Source: Eledone cirrhosa
Lineage: Eukaryota
Length of the DNA: 64,000 nucleotides
Assembly (NCBI GenBank): GCA_964016885.1
Contig: OZ024740.1
Span: forward strand, 413,354,001-413,418,000
Direction: 5' to 3'
Shown here: one piece after another, positions 27,898 through 40,589 of the stretch
Layout: every line of letters starts with the position of its first letter
Numbering within the stretch: the stretch's first letter is position 1
Made by a program: the position numbers and the translations under genes
The notes under the pieces: model-generated
The model's input: the letters and a program-made list of their open reading frames with translations, nothing else
Databases searched by the model: none
Told to the model about the DNA's origin: nothing

Positions 27898-28453
27898 GCA
27901 GGCCTCCGTCAAATTTCCATCTGTCAAGTTCCATTCGGAAAAGTTGAGTAAAACCTAGGCTATGGTAGAAGACATATACTTCAGATTTAGAACAGTAGGA
28001 TCTAGTTTCTTTCTTACTACGAGTCTATGATTTGCTGTATTTTAATTCACTGGTGTTTAATTGCTTACACTTTTATGGCATTTGATATGATCTAAAAGCA
28101 TAGGCTATTTGGCAGGGGAGGGGCCAAGATCCCTATGTAATTTTCAACAAGAAAAGATACGATAAAATAAATTATGTAATATATAATACAAATCTGATGA
28201 TTGGTTGGTTGGTCGATTGGTTGGCTGGTTGATTGGTTCGTTTGTTCGTTCATATTTTGTTACCTCGGCTTTCCGATGTCACGTTTGACAACACAAATAT
28301 AGAGAGGGGGAGAGTGTAAAAGAGGAAAACATTTGCAAAAGAACAACTGTGTGTTCAATTAGGATATATGTTGAAGTAGTAATATGATGAACTGATGCTA
28401 GAGCTGTGAAATCATGCATAGATTAATTTCAGTTCTTATTATTATTAACTTCG

Positions 28454-28645
28454 GGGCGGTGGTTTGGCAGTATCGGTAGAGCGTCAGACACCATGTTTGC
28501 AGCATAGAATTATGGCCCTTTGCGTTCTGAGTTCAAATCCCGCCGAGGTTAATTTTGCCTTTCATCCTTAAGGAGTCGATAAAATAAAGTACCAGTAATA
28601 TGCTGGGTAATTGCTGGCCTTGCGCCAAAAGAAGAAACAATTATT
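28454..28645 (+). mobile_element. tRNA-derived SINE (Nin/Deu-domain family)
   Basis: Family match; TTATTATTAACTTC on both flanks (TSD). Confidence 0.88.
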
Positions 28646-29249
28646 ATTAACTTCATTGTTTCTTTTCAGAGACTGTGTACAAAAATAAACTTCATTTTGT
28701 CATTCGATGAGAGTATCTTAATCAGCCTATGATCTTGCAGCCTGTGAACTTTGCAGCCTATGAATGTTTCAGGTGACCCTCATACACACTTACTGAGACT
28801 TATACTCACATACACACATAAGCACTCACACACACTCACAAATACATACACAAATGCCTGTTGAAATTTGTCGTCTTTTCACTCTTTCTTAATTATTTTT
28901 CATGAATGGTGTTAACATATATAAACATATATTTTCCTTTTCTCAAATCGCTGTTTATTGTATTTCGGTGAGGTTCAGTGTGAGCAATATATATCTTTTT
29001 AAAGTTTACAGATACAGTGCATATATATTTTTTTTATTAATACTTTATTCTGTATTTACCTACTTTTACCTATAACGGCAGATATATACACCACATTTAC
29101 CTGTCACATGACGGGTAAGAAACAATTCATATACCACACACAATAAATAAAGGGGTTCTACTAGCTATTCTTTTGCGATATTCTATAAATATATAGATAA
29201 CATAAATAAATAAAACTTCACGTGCTCACAGTTGGCTAATCAGTTTAAC

Positions 29250-29345
29250 TGATAAAATGACAAGTCAGTCAATCATATTGTTGGCCTCCCCACAGCCCCG
29301 TAGGGCAGAATGGAGAAGACGTTTCCCCGGAGACGCAAGGGAGAC
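29250..29345 (-). mobile_element. Second CRE-type 3' end fragment
   Basis: Reverse complement of ~11810-11904. Confidence 0.7.
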
Positions 29346-29896
29346 GCGCCGGAATATCTTCCGACTTCATAGAAGACGGATATATTTTTTACATTTTGAT
29401 AGAAGTTTATATATTTTCAAACAATGTTTAGGAACTTATATGCAACGGCTAGTGTTCAAAATTGTTGTTATGAGAAACACCGCCAATTTGCAACGTCGTT
29501 TGGGAATAAAGCACAGCCGCATGTGAATCTGTTCCTGCTCACTGCGCTCTGAATTTAAATCACACAGAGATTAAGTTTGCTTACTATTCTTTCTCGTTAA
29601 TTAAAGCAAATATCAGTCGAGATCTCTAGATTGGAGGAATTGTTATAGAGTCCCATGAGATGCCTTATGTTATTTGCTCAGGCTCTTTGACTTATGATAT
29701 CAAGTCCCACTATTGATTACATGTGTGCTAGACTTAATCACCACCAACTGAACCTCAGGTGTCTTTAGTGGTACACACTAGATGGACAGCATTCGCAACA
29801 GGTTTCTTGTTTGAAAATTCGTTTCTGAAACGCTTCTACTACCTTCTGAAGCCCTGGAAATGTTTGTAGTTACTGATTTGCCTCCATCTACCTATG

Positions 29897-30240
29897 AAGG
29901 AGCTTGCCTTAGTGGTTAGCACATTGGGCTTGCAAACGGAAGGTTATAAGTTCGATTCTTAGACCAGGTGATACGTTGTGTCCTTGAGCAAGACACTTTA
30001 TTTCACGTTGCTCCAGTTTACTTAATTGTAGAAATGAGTTGCTACGTTACTGGTACCAAGCTGTATTGGCCATTGCCTTTCATCATCGGTGGCGTGGGGA
30101 GGGGAGGATGGTATGTATGGGTGGCTGCTGGTCTTCCACAAACAACCTTGCCCGGATTTGTGCCTCAGAGAACTTTCTAGGTGCAAATCCCATGGTCATT
30201 CTAAATCAAAGGGAATGTTTTTGCCTCCCTCTCTAAAGAG
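29897..30240 (+). mobile_element. tRNA-derived SINE, CORE-like family
   Basis: A/B boxes, then GTGTCCTTGAGCAAGACACTTTATTTCACGTTGCTCCAG. Confidence 0.7.
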
Positions 30241-30802
30241 GAAAAAAAAGCAATTACAAAACAAATCAGTTAACCTTTATCTAAACATTTTATTATAATG
30301 AGTATCTTCTGAACTTGTTTAAGCATCTCTATCATGTCAAAGGAAATTGATCTCACGTGAAGATTGTCGGATTATAGAGATGTTATTGAAATATATTCAC
30401 TAAGAATAGAAAAGTATTTTTAATAAACAATTTCTCCAAATTGTCAAGCGTAAAATTAAAGTGATTAGTTGCCAGAAATATTGAGTAATGAAGCTGACAG
30501 AAATAATCCAATGTTGTCAGCGCAGTGATATGATTAATATATCAACATTGACTACACTGCGTTACAATTAATATCCCTCACATAACACCTCAGAAAAATT
30601 CCCGTATACGTGATGAAGTGTGGTATTATATTTAGGTATCTTAAGCGTTTGTTCAAAGTAATCATACTACGCATAAATATTGCCGTTTACTTAATATATG
30701 TGTATACAAACTTTCTATTGAATACATATTATGAACAAAATACACATACACACTTTGACACAGATTCACACACAGAAACACAGACATATATATATATATA
30801 TA

Positions 30803-31265
30803 TACGAGGTGTGTCAGAAAAGTTGCAGGACTGATGTCGCAAAAGATTTATTTCAAACCCAAACTTCACACTAAGAGTTTTCTCCTTCAAAGTAATCCCC
30901 CTGGAGTCTAATGCACTTTTCCATCCTTTTCTTCCTCGCTTGCATGCACTCTTGGAAGGATTCTTCCGGGATCCTCCGCTGTTCCGACGTCACGGCCTTT
31001 TTGATGTCGTCCACGTCTTCAAAACGGGTTCTCTCCGAGTAGTACTAGAAGATGCATGACTCATCACCGGTGATGATTCTCCCTAGCAAGACTGGTTCGG
31101 TTTCAAGACGCTCGAGAATGTCCTGGCACACTTGCATGCGTCGATCCTTCTGGTCATCGTTCAGCAGTTTTGGCACCATCTTCGCGCAGATTTTCCGCAT
31201 GTCCAAATCTTCAGTGAGAATCTTCCAGACGCTGTCCCGATTCATGCCCAGCACATTTGCCATCG
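30803..31265 (-). mobile_element. Internally deleted mariner transposon remnant
   Basis: SVWKILTEDLDMRKICAKMVPKLL...IITGDE joined to RFEDVDDIK...KCIRLQGDYFEG; TIR-like TA-CGAGGTGTGTCAGAAAAGT; rest of the DD34D domain deleted. Confidence 0.88.
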
Positions 31266-31334
31266 CTACGCATCATCTGCATTAGATGCCGGAGAAAATA
31301 GATGAAACAGGAATTTCCCATTAAAATTGAACTG

Positions 31335-31550
31335 AGAGTAATCTGTGAACGCAGAAGTAAATATTTCGAGAAACGTTCCAACCGAGCGAAAACGGGAAGA
31401 CGATATTTTGGTTTGTGAATACGTTCCCTGGCAATGTACGGATAAAAAAGCGAGGATAATACGTCGTTATGTAGAGCGGAAGAAGAACAATTTAATGCAA
31501 AGACAAGACCAAATTTATGGAATAAATGGAGTCGTTAGACTAATATTCTA
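31335..31550 (-). mobile_element. Diverged copy of the 2.8-4.9 kb pLTR family
   Basis: Aligns by eye to 21140-21345. Confidence 0.6.
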
Positions 31551-31754
31551 TTTAAAATAACAGAATCATTTCCAGCCCCGGAGTTTAAGAATGATGTAAA
31601 TAAAATTGAAAACGAAAATGACAGAGGTTTTTAAATAGTAAAGTAAATAGTGAAGATTTAGGCCAGTACATACGTATGCCCCGACGGACATACACATACA
31701 TACGCACACACAAATACACCCCCCCCCACACACACACACACACGAGCGCGCGCG

Positions 31755-32189
31755 TGTATAAACTTTATGCATTTCTACAGTATTTTCACCAAACTTAAGA
31801 CATAGGTTACTTATGTACTCCAGATGGTCATGAGCACTTTCATTTTTACAGATATTGATTATAGGGCCTCCCGGCAGATAACCCCCTTTAACCACTTTCT
31901 TCGAGTCGATTGAAGCACTGCAGTGCAATGCAAAAAAACGTCATAACTTCTGGGGTTCGCAACCGATTTTCACAAAACTTGACACATGGGTTACGTTTGT
32001 CCTACAGATGAATGTGAACTCTCAGAATTGGCACATATTGAGTAGGGGACCCCTGGGGGCAGGAACCCCCTTTTGGAAAAAGCCGATGATTTTGTAAAAG
32101 TATAGTTTTCGAAGCAGCACTGAAGTATTGACATAAATGGTATACATAACTGGTATTTAATACCCGAGCAGCGCCGAGTACCTCTGCTC

Positions 32190-32191
<2 letters not shown>
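31755..32191 (+). mobile_element. Non-autonomous Helitron-like element
   Basis: Ends in hairpin ACCCGAGCAGCGCCGAGTA then CTCGT (a CTAGT variant); internal duplicated block ATTTTCAC-AAACTT-ACAT-GGTTAC. Confidence 0.5.
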
Positions 32192-32227
<36 letters not shown>

Positions 32228-32937
32228 CGTTACGTGCGTGTTGGCACATATTCATACGTGTGTTTCATATGAGTGTGGTATATAAAGGATTAGTGGAAAC
32301 ATCTATTTATTCAGTTAATTTTAGCTAATACCACGGATATTAGAAAGCTAATTTAAATGATTATGCCAAGAGGAGAAGAAAACAATAGAAGTAAAAATAA
32401 ATTAAGAATTGTATATTCATTTTGAAAGCATTGCATGAGGCAAAGCTATATACATTTTGTACTTATACTGAGCTAACAATAATATTAGAAGCGTCACTGC
32501 ACTTAACTAAATAACAAAATATTCATTAAATAAATGTAAAGTCTTTTTAATTACAGATATTTCAGGGATAAATAATAGCATCCACCAAACTCCCACCCCT
32601 AAAAAGGGGGAATTTATGTTAACATGTTTAATGAACAGAGTATTAAAATGCTGATGAGAAACACCAAACATTAGTGAATAATTAATAACCTTTTATATTT
32701 TTACATTAATTCCTCGTGACAATCCTCGGTGCTTCTGAACGCACCTGCGAACGATAGCCTTCATCTTACTTATTGAATTATAGCTGATAAATCACTAAGT
32801 AAACGTAGAATTAGATATTTTTGTTTTCCTAGCCAACATTTGGTGCATGGAGTCAAAATTACAGTAAAATATGACCAGGGCTGATTCGGGTTCTTGACAC
32901 TGACTAATACTGATTTAGAGATATTGATCATTATTAT

Positions 32938-33383
32938 CGGTGTATTGGCCGTATCGGCGGAGGTTCGGACGCCATGCTTTGCAGCATAGAGCTACGCCCC
33001 TTTACGGTCTGAGTTCAAATCCCACCGAGGCTAACTTTGCCTTTCATCCTTATGGAGTCGACAAAATAAAGCACCAGTAATACACTGGGATAATTGCTGG
33101 CCTTGTGCCAGAAGTAGAAACAATTATTATTAGTAGAAGTTTTTGCTGCTCCATACATTAAATATTGATATTATCATAACTGTTGTTATGTTAAGGGCGG
33201 TGGATTGGCAGTATCGGTAGAGGGTCGGACGCCATGCTTTGACGCATAGAGTTACGGCCCTTTCCATTCTGAGTTCAAATCCCGCCGAGGTCAACTTTGC
33301 CTTTCATCCTTACGGCGTCGATAAAATAAAGTACCAGTAATACACTGGATAATTGCTGGCCTTGTGCCAAAAGTAGAAACATT
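32938..33383 (+). mobile_element. Two adjacent Nin/Deu-family SINEs (32938-33128 and 33195-33383)
   Basis: Both match the family; the second is flanked by TTATCATAAC(T/C)GTTGTT. Confidence 0.88.
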
Positions 33384-34355
33384 TATCATAACCGTTGTTT
33401 TACATGCAGCTGGTTTGGGGGAATCTTATAATATGAAACCTGTTTCTTCTGTTGTGTACTTTACATTTCATTTACAAAAAAAAAGAATATTGCAAATATC
33501 TCCTTATCAGTATCGATTACAAATAGATATTGCTTTGTAATCGGAACAGTATCTAAAAATTTAGTAGTAATACTCATAGCCGCCGTTGTTGTTGTTGTAG
33601 TAGTAGTAGTAGGAGGAGGAGGAGAAGTAGGAGGAGTAGACAATATAACAATAATCACCCTGATCAGTTCTACCTGTGTCATAGCATCACAAAATTCAGC
33701 GACAAAATGTTATTCGTTTTAACTTGATGGCATTCATGTTTAGTATGTAATGTGACAGGGAAATGAAACAAAACTGACTGTTTAAAGGACGTAAGGAGAC
33801 ATATTTCAACTGAGGTTCTCACGACGAAAATTATGCCCCGCTCATTTTATGTGTTGAAACAAGAAGATGATTTGATCGAGACACTTGCTCTCAAGTCAAA
33901 CGAAGGAAATAAGCCTTTCGATGAACCATGTGAAATGGGAGAGGTATAACAACGCAAAGTAAGTCATGAATTTTGACTAACTTCGATGGGTGCGTACTGA
34001 CAGCCTCCAGGGTCATTTAAGCGATATTTGTACTGCAGAATCTATACTAGATTTAATGGTTTTCAAGTTCTTTAGTAAATAAATTCTATTCTATTTCAAT
34101 TATCGTATTATATATGATTTTCATATTTATATATCTTTTTATCAATTGCAAAGAGTAACAGAAAGAAAATCACCAGCTAGTTTGCTTGCGAGATAGCCAT
34201 CACAGCGGAAAAAAACGCCACAATCTTCCCAAGAACGGAGAAATGCCTTTACACGGCTTTAGGATCCGATTATAATATCAACGCTACTGCTAAGAGCTTA
34301 ATAATGAGTTAAACGGTATTTGAAGCACACTGCGGGATGTACACCACCAACATTA

Positions 34356-34540
34356 TGGTGGATTGGAAGTATCGGTAGAGAGTCAGACGTCATGCTTTCT
34401 AGCATAGTTACGTCGCTTTACAGACTGAGTTCAAATCCCAAAGGTTAACTTTGCCTTTCATCGTTACGGGGTCGATAAAATAGAGTACCAGTAATGATCT
34501 TGGTAATTGCTGGCCTTGTGACAACAGTAGAAACAATTAT
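34356..34540 (+). mobile_element. Nin/Deu-family SINE
   Basis: Family match. Confidence 0.85.
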
Positions 34541-35007
34541 TACCAATTCCTCTAAGGCAACGGCAAATCCAACAACAATATCAAGAGTAGAATATAGAAC
34601 AAACCAGATGCAAAAAAAAGAATATTGTTTGCAAGTTCTGTAAGAATCAGAGAAAAGTATGAGCTAGAATCGAAGACTAAAAGGAAGCAAGGCAGATGCT
34701 TCGAAATAATGGAAATAAAGTAAGCCTAAATATGTGACATAGCCAAATGACCCAGGCGCGTATAAGGTTACATCTCTTTTCATTGGACTCAAAACCTAAG
34801 ATTTGAAAGAGCTGAACAAAGCCAAAATAGTGAATGCTTGAAGCTTGTGTGGCAGCAAGAAGATAATTCTTACAGCAATACCTATAGCCATTTCTGAATC
34901 GACTATCTTGCAATCTTTTATTTATGGCGGCAGAGGACAGGTAAATGAATGAGCTTCCAGAGATACGTTGTAACCGCAACAGCGATCGAATTTGAGGCGC
35001 TCTTAAA

Positions 35008-35144
35008 TATTTGTTTCTACTTTTGGCAAAAGGCCAGCAATTATCCCTCCCAATGCATTACTGGTGCTTTATTTTATCGACCCTGTAAGGATGAAAGGCA
35101 AAGTTAACCTCGGCGGGATTTGAACTACTGCCAATCCGTCGCCT
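35008..35144 (-). mobile_element. Nin/Deu-family SINE, deleted between the A and B boxes
   Basis: Family match with ~50 bp missing. Confidence 0.8.
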
Positions 35145-36937
35145 AATTATTGTTGACGTGACAAGCTCCAGGGCTACGCCATACATAGTGTGCATATAAA
35201 ATAACCCTAGCTAAAAAGGCAGATAACATGAAGACACCAGAGGTAACAGTAGAAACTGCATTACCATCATAAGAAGTAACAATAGCAAGGGAACCCAATC
35301 ACAGGAGAAAGGGCTACCGAAACCCAGACAAATTCATTTCCCGTTTTTGAAACCTCCATCAAAACATTAACATCTAGGAGAAACTTTTTAAAATCAGGTC
35401 GCTCCCTCTAGAGAAACAATCTCTAATAAAACCAGTACCACAAACAACAATAATCACACACCAAACCACACCAATAGCCATAAGAAAACACACAGATACA
35501 ACATTCTTCAGAAAAAGAGAAAGAAAAGGGACTACAACATACAGAGCTACACACAATTTAAAATTACAAGTAGGATTTGATGTTTTAGATGAAAACATGA
35601 AATAACAAAAAACAATAAAGGACGTTGAGAAGTCGTTTCCCAGTTTACACTCTGGACTTGTAATAAAAGTCACAGAACATATCTAAATAGAACATTCTGA
35701 AAAATCTCAAAATGATGTAGGTGTTTTCCGCAACAGATTGAGCAAAATATTGGTGGGTAGGTCTTTAAAGGAATACTTCCATCTTAACTGCAGGAAGACA
35801 GATAATCACATTTTTCACAAGCCTTCGGGTAAGTGACTTCTCTCATCTCGTTTGACACCCTAAAATGAGTTTCCTGGGAGTAGGAAATATAAATCAGGTG
35901 AGGGAAAAGCAACTTTAATTATTTATCGACCTCAATTCCTGAGATCTTTATATGGTTGGTTGCTATAATTTCTGAGTCATTCGTATTAGTGCCCATATTC
36001 GAACTCTTTACTTAGTAGGTCAGGACCGCTAGATCCAGTAGCAGTACGGTTTAGGATGTGTCACTGATTCTTGACGAGAGCGTTAGCGACAGCAGTGCAT
36101 TTCGGGTATTAGGTGTCTAATCACTGATGGGTTAGAGCGGCTGGATTTCTTTCATGCGTAAGTTTAGCAAACAGAGATACGGTAGGGTGACTATATTTTC
36201 AAATTCTCGGTCAAAACAGACAACCTAAACAGCTGTCCTATATTACAGTGGCCGGATACACGAATTAGTTAAGTGGTAGTTGACGTGGATATTGCGGGGT
36301 AAGTTTTCAAGAGAGTAATTAGAATACAATCAATAATCTTTAGTAATGTAGTAGTAAAAAATAAAATCGATTTAAAGGCCTACAGGTTACATTAGAAAAA
36401 GCGATTAGAAAATAAAATGCATAGGGATCTACATGCTAGTGACAACACTGAATGACGTTTGACTAGTTCTTTAAGATACTATTCGTGTGGCTTATCTGTG
36501 GTACTTTTCTAAACTACTTCCAGGCTTGTGGTGGTCCAGAGAGGCTAGTGGACTTTAATGACTGCCTCGATGGCCAGTCACTTATCGCATGAAGCGATTA
36601 CTGCGAAAGGACGATAAAAGCCGCAATCGGTTATACGATGGACAATTCAATTCGTTTCGTTATCCTTCCCTGTTTACAGATGTTTTGCTAGGTATCGGCT
36701 GTAAATGGCATTCACAACTAATTGTCTGTTGATTGTTATTTTTGTTGTCATGGCACCAGCAAGCAGTCAAATCTCTATTAGAAAATATTTTCAATATATT
36801 TGCTTTATATATTGATACATTGATATCCATGTTTATTCGTTTATCGCAATGTGAGATTCAGAGAGAAGATTAGGGCACATGACACCCTTGAATGCGTATA
36901 TATATATGTATATTATGTGTGTATATAAATATAAATA

Positions 36938-36994
<57 letters not shown>

Positions 36995-37000
<6 letters not shown>

Positions 37001-37415
37001 CTTGGGGAGGGTCATATTTGTGTAATATTGCCAGAATTAATAACAGAACACACTCACTGTTTGGTTGGTTTTCGCTTTTTGCTTCTGTGTCTTTTATATC
37101 TGTTATTTAATTTATTCGGTCCTCAATGTTGCCATTGACTGACCAACGGTCAAAAATACAGATACAATATAGACACAAACACATATATATAGTCTATATA
37201 TATAATAGACTATATATATGTGTTTGTGTCTATATTGTATCTATATTTTTGACCGTTGGTCAGTCAATGGCAACATTGAGGACCGAATAAAGTAAATAAC
37301 GGATATAAAAGACAGAGAAGCAAAAAGCGAAAACCAACCAAACAGTGAGTGTGTTCTGTTATTAATTCTGGCAATATTACACAAATATAACCCTCCCCAA
37401 GTATAACAATATTTA
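36995..37415. repeat. ~200-bp-arm fold-back of the 5.2-5.4 kb repeat family
   Basis: Arms are reverse complements centred near 37202, with a few mismatches. Confidence 0.9.
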
Positions 37416-37455
37416 TTTCGACACACGATTTCATATAAAAACCTCGCAAAATCTA

Positions 37456-37490
<35 letters not shown>

Positions 37491-37496
<6 letters not shown>

Positions 37497-37648
37497 TAAT
37501 AAATTTGAAGACTAAAATCCAAAGAGGGCTCGATAAGGATAAATATATATCAAATATATAAGAACCATAGAGCAAATATTTATTAAAATAACAGATTAAA
37601 GTTTAAGCAAAAAATCGCTGCTTTCACCCTTAACGGGATCTTCTGAAA

Positions 37649-37652
<4 letters not shown>
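37491..37652 (-). mobile_element. pLTR end fragment of the 2.8-4.9 kb family with CAGAAGA HHR (37591-37650)
   Basis: Direct similarity; bounded by (TA)n. Confidence 0.8.
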
Positions 37653-37695
<43 letters not shown>

Positions 37696-37697
<2 letters not shown>

Positions 37698-38057
37698 GTT
37701 TGGGTTTGTTGGTTCACCACTGGATAGAACTGGTCATTCCGTATAGTCAACCTTGATGTAATATTAGGGAGAGCACTCGACGTAATGCAACTCACCCGTC
37801 TTCGTCTGTGTTGTTGGTGGTTCGAGTACGGAGTTAATTATAATAAAATAATAGGAGGCTGGACTGGTGTAATTCCTTAAAGTTTATTAGACCATGAACA
37901 TTTCATGGACCGGGTTCAGTATGAATCCGTTGACATCGTCAGGTATTCGAAATTTAAGAAAGGAATATAATGGACTCAATCCATGGGGCTGAAAAGGCAG
38001 AGAGACAAGAAGGCGGCCAAACATTTAGTAGTTTCTAGTCCGGTCAGTCACCCTCAA
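37696..38057 (-). mobile_element. pLTR remnant with decayed HHR (37888-37946)
   Basis: CTGACGA-long stem II-GAAA-TGTTCA-TG then AATAAA; GGGAG(AG)CACTC...CGGAGTTA resembles 19997-20032. Confidence 0.45.
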
Positions 38058-38153
38058 TATATATCACACATTTCGCCCGAAGTTTTTGTATCGCTTGTTT
38101 GCAGTGACCGTTTCTGCGCATGCGCGTTCATACGGTGTTTTTCCTGTTCCAGT

Positions 38154-38194
38154 CCGAGCTGAAGATCCGCATAAGGTGAAACAATTGTTCTCGG
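38154..38194 (+). ncRNA. Minimal type I hammerhead ribozyme
   Basis: CCGAG-CTGAAGA-tCCgcataaGGt-GAAA-CAATTG-TT-CTCGG; GUU site. Confidence 0.8.
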
Positions 38195-38217
38195 TATGGT
38201 GAACTAACTGTTGTGTT

Positions 38218-38254
<37 letters not shown>

Positions 38255-38256
<2 letters not shown>

Positions 38257-38412
38257 GTGGGAAAGTAAAAAATCGGAGAATAGACCGTTAAAACATGTTT
38301 ATTTAATACTGCCGGCACTAGTATCGAGCACCTTTGGCATACGCTACTTGGCAAATAACTATATGTATCACCTATCCGCCCCTTTTTTTCTCTTTCTCGA
38401 TACGTAAATACT
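38255..38412. mobile_element. Fold-back junction fragment of the 22.4-24.6 kb PLE pLTR and tail
   Basis: 38255-38304 equals 22444-22493, joined at TATTTAA to sequence equal to 24483-24618. Confidence 0.8.
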
Positions 38413-38448
38413 ATATATATATATATATATATATATAAGTATATATAT

Positions 38449-38499
<51 letters not shown>

Positions 38500-38508
38500 T
38501 ATATATAT

Positions 38509-38565
<57 letters not shown>

Positions 38566-38673
38566 TATATATATCCTATTTCCTTTTTCCTATTTCCCAC
38601 TCTACTACTCTAAATATTGAGTACTCTGGTGCGTTATGTTCCATCTGGTTCCTTACCACAATTCCTTTGTTAA

Positions 38674-38715
<42 letters not shown>

Positions 38716-40134
38716 TATTAGAAGATCGTATTTGTCTTACAGTATCTATGACTTAGGATTCATTTCTTCTTTTCTCTCCACTGTTTGACTGCCTATATGA
38801 CTATAGTTTACACTATATGTGAATACATAGATGTTTAGTTTACCTTCAACTACATACATATGTTCACACAATATTCAAACTTTATCTTCTTTCCACATAT
38901 ATTGTTTTTGATTTTCATTTTGTATATCTATATTTATCTGCATCATATGATTTAAACTGCTATTTTTGTACGTTCTACCTACTAAATCAAAGATGTCAAT
39001 GACCTTTGTCGTGTATGCAAGCGTATAATTATATGTCTTGTCTGATATCCAACACTTCGAGCAGTGGATGTTTAAACGATAAATCAAAAGAAAACAAAAT
39101 ATCACCATGAAAATTGCCATATTTACAATTTTATCCTAGAGTGTCTCCTTATATCAACAAACCTACAGTAAGTACATTACAATTCCCTTTCCTTGTCAAA
39201 AGAAACATATTCTGTTGATGTTATCCTGCGTTCACTTAAGAAGGAAAACATATTTAATTATTTCAAAATAATGGTGTATCAATTTTATTTCTTAGGTTTA
39301 TATAATTGAAATAACCTCCTGTGAGAAACCATAACTATGTTGTATTTAGATAATTGCAGTCATATATGAATACCTTCAACGGTAATATTTAAGAAGGGAG
39401 ACAGTTCATGTATGTAATTTTCTAAATGTCTTACATCTGCAATATTTGCTCGCAAGGGACAGCATTTTACATCTGTCAATCTTCTTTTATGATCTGATCT
39501 ATGAGGCACTAATTTCTAAATCTAAACATTAACTGTTTTTATATAGTTCCTTATAGTACCCACATTGTCAGAAGTATTGAGGTCAGAATCGTAGACAGTA
39601 TTTGATTTGTGTACGACTTTATGTACTTCTTGTAATATCTTCGATTAAAACAGAATAACAGTTACAAATGTTTCAGTTTTCCTCGATTCAATTTCTAAAA
39701 TCGTAAACAGAACATTTTTTATTTATTGTTCGGAATTACATTTTATAAACCATTTACTTTAATTGGTTATCTACGAATAACTTCGAGTAAGTGTTTTTAT
39801 GTCAGAATATTTAATAGAAATTATTTGAATTCAGTCAAAGTCGGTTATGTCTTCCCGACGACTTTCCGCCGTGTATTACATATTAGTTTAGAGAGCACAA
39901 TAGGATAATATCCACCTTGCGACTATTTACGAACAATACACGCCACAATATTCAATTGGTCAATAAGGGACAACTAGTAGAAACCAAAATCACCATCGTC
40001 AAACGAACAACTATACGGCAGATTTTGAGTGTTTAACGACCAGTTTGTTGTACACAGTAATGAAATATAATATATTTGCAACGCTTATACAAACATACAT
40101 CTATCTATTTATCTATTTATCCCCACTCTCTCTG

Positions 40135-40197
<63 letters not shown>

Positions 40198-40242
40198 AAG
40201 TTAAATAAACAGTCAAATGTTTAAAATTTAGCTTCGTTTATT

Positions 40243-40297
40243 ACTGCTATATATATTTCAGTGACAGCCATCTTTGGCTGTGACCTCTTCAGGCAGT
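40243..40297 (-). ncRNA. Type I hammerhead ribozyme in a solo pLTR related to the 16/20-kb pLTRs
   Basis: ACTGC-CTGAAGA-GGTcACAGCCA aaga TGGCTGTcACT-GAAA-TATATA-TA-GCAGT; stem II covaries with the 20-kb copy. Confidence 0.88.
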
Positions 40298-40434
40298 CCG
40301 AATTAGTGTGGTATAGACAAGTACATATGTTGTTGAGGTGTATAATTTAGTCAATACTCTGATATGGCCAGTTCCTGGTTGGGTTGTTATTTCACTGAGG
40401 AACTGGAATCATATACAACTAACATATACTCAAA

Positions 40435-40518
<84 letters not shown>

Positions 40519-40589
40519 AGAAATAGGACGAAGGTAAACAGTTACAAAAGGATTTAATCCACGTATTAACAATTGTTTCATCAGAATTA

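Noticed and set aside
32647-32675. CTGATGAGAAAC as a hammerhead (similarly CTGATGA at 28194)
   Set aside because: No stem II or III can be formed
34680-36300. Very old LINE remnants (CR1-like or I-like 3' ends)
   Set aside because: Only faint motif resemblance across multiple frameshifts; cannot be supported without a search
38875-39650. Possible downstream exons on the minus strand
   Set aside because: Short open frames with AG/GT ends exist, but phases and intron lengths are unconvincing and no protein is recognisable
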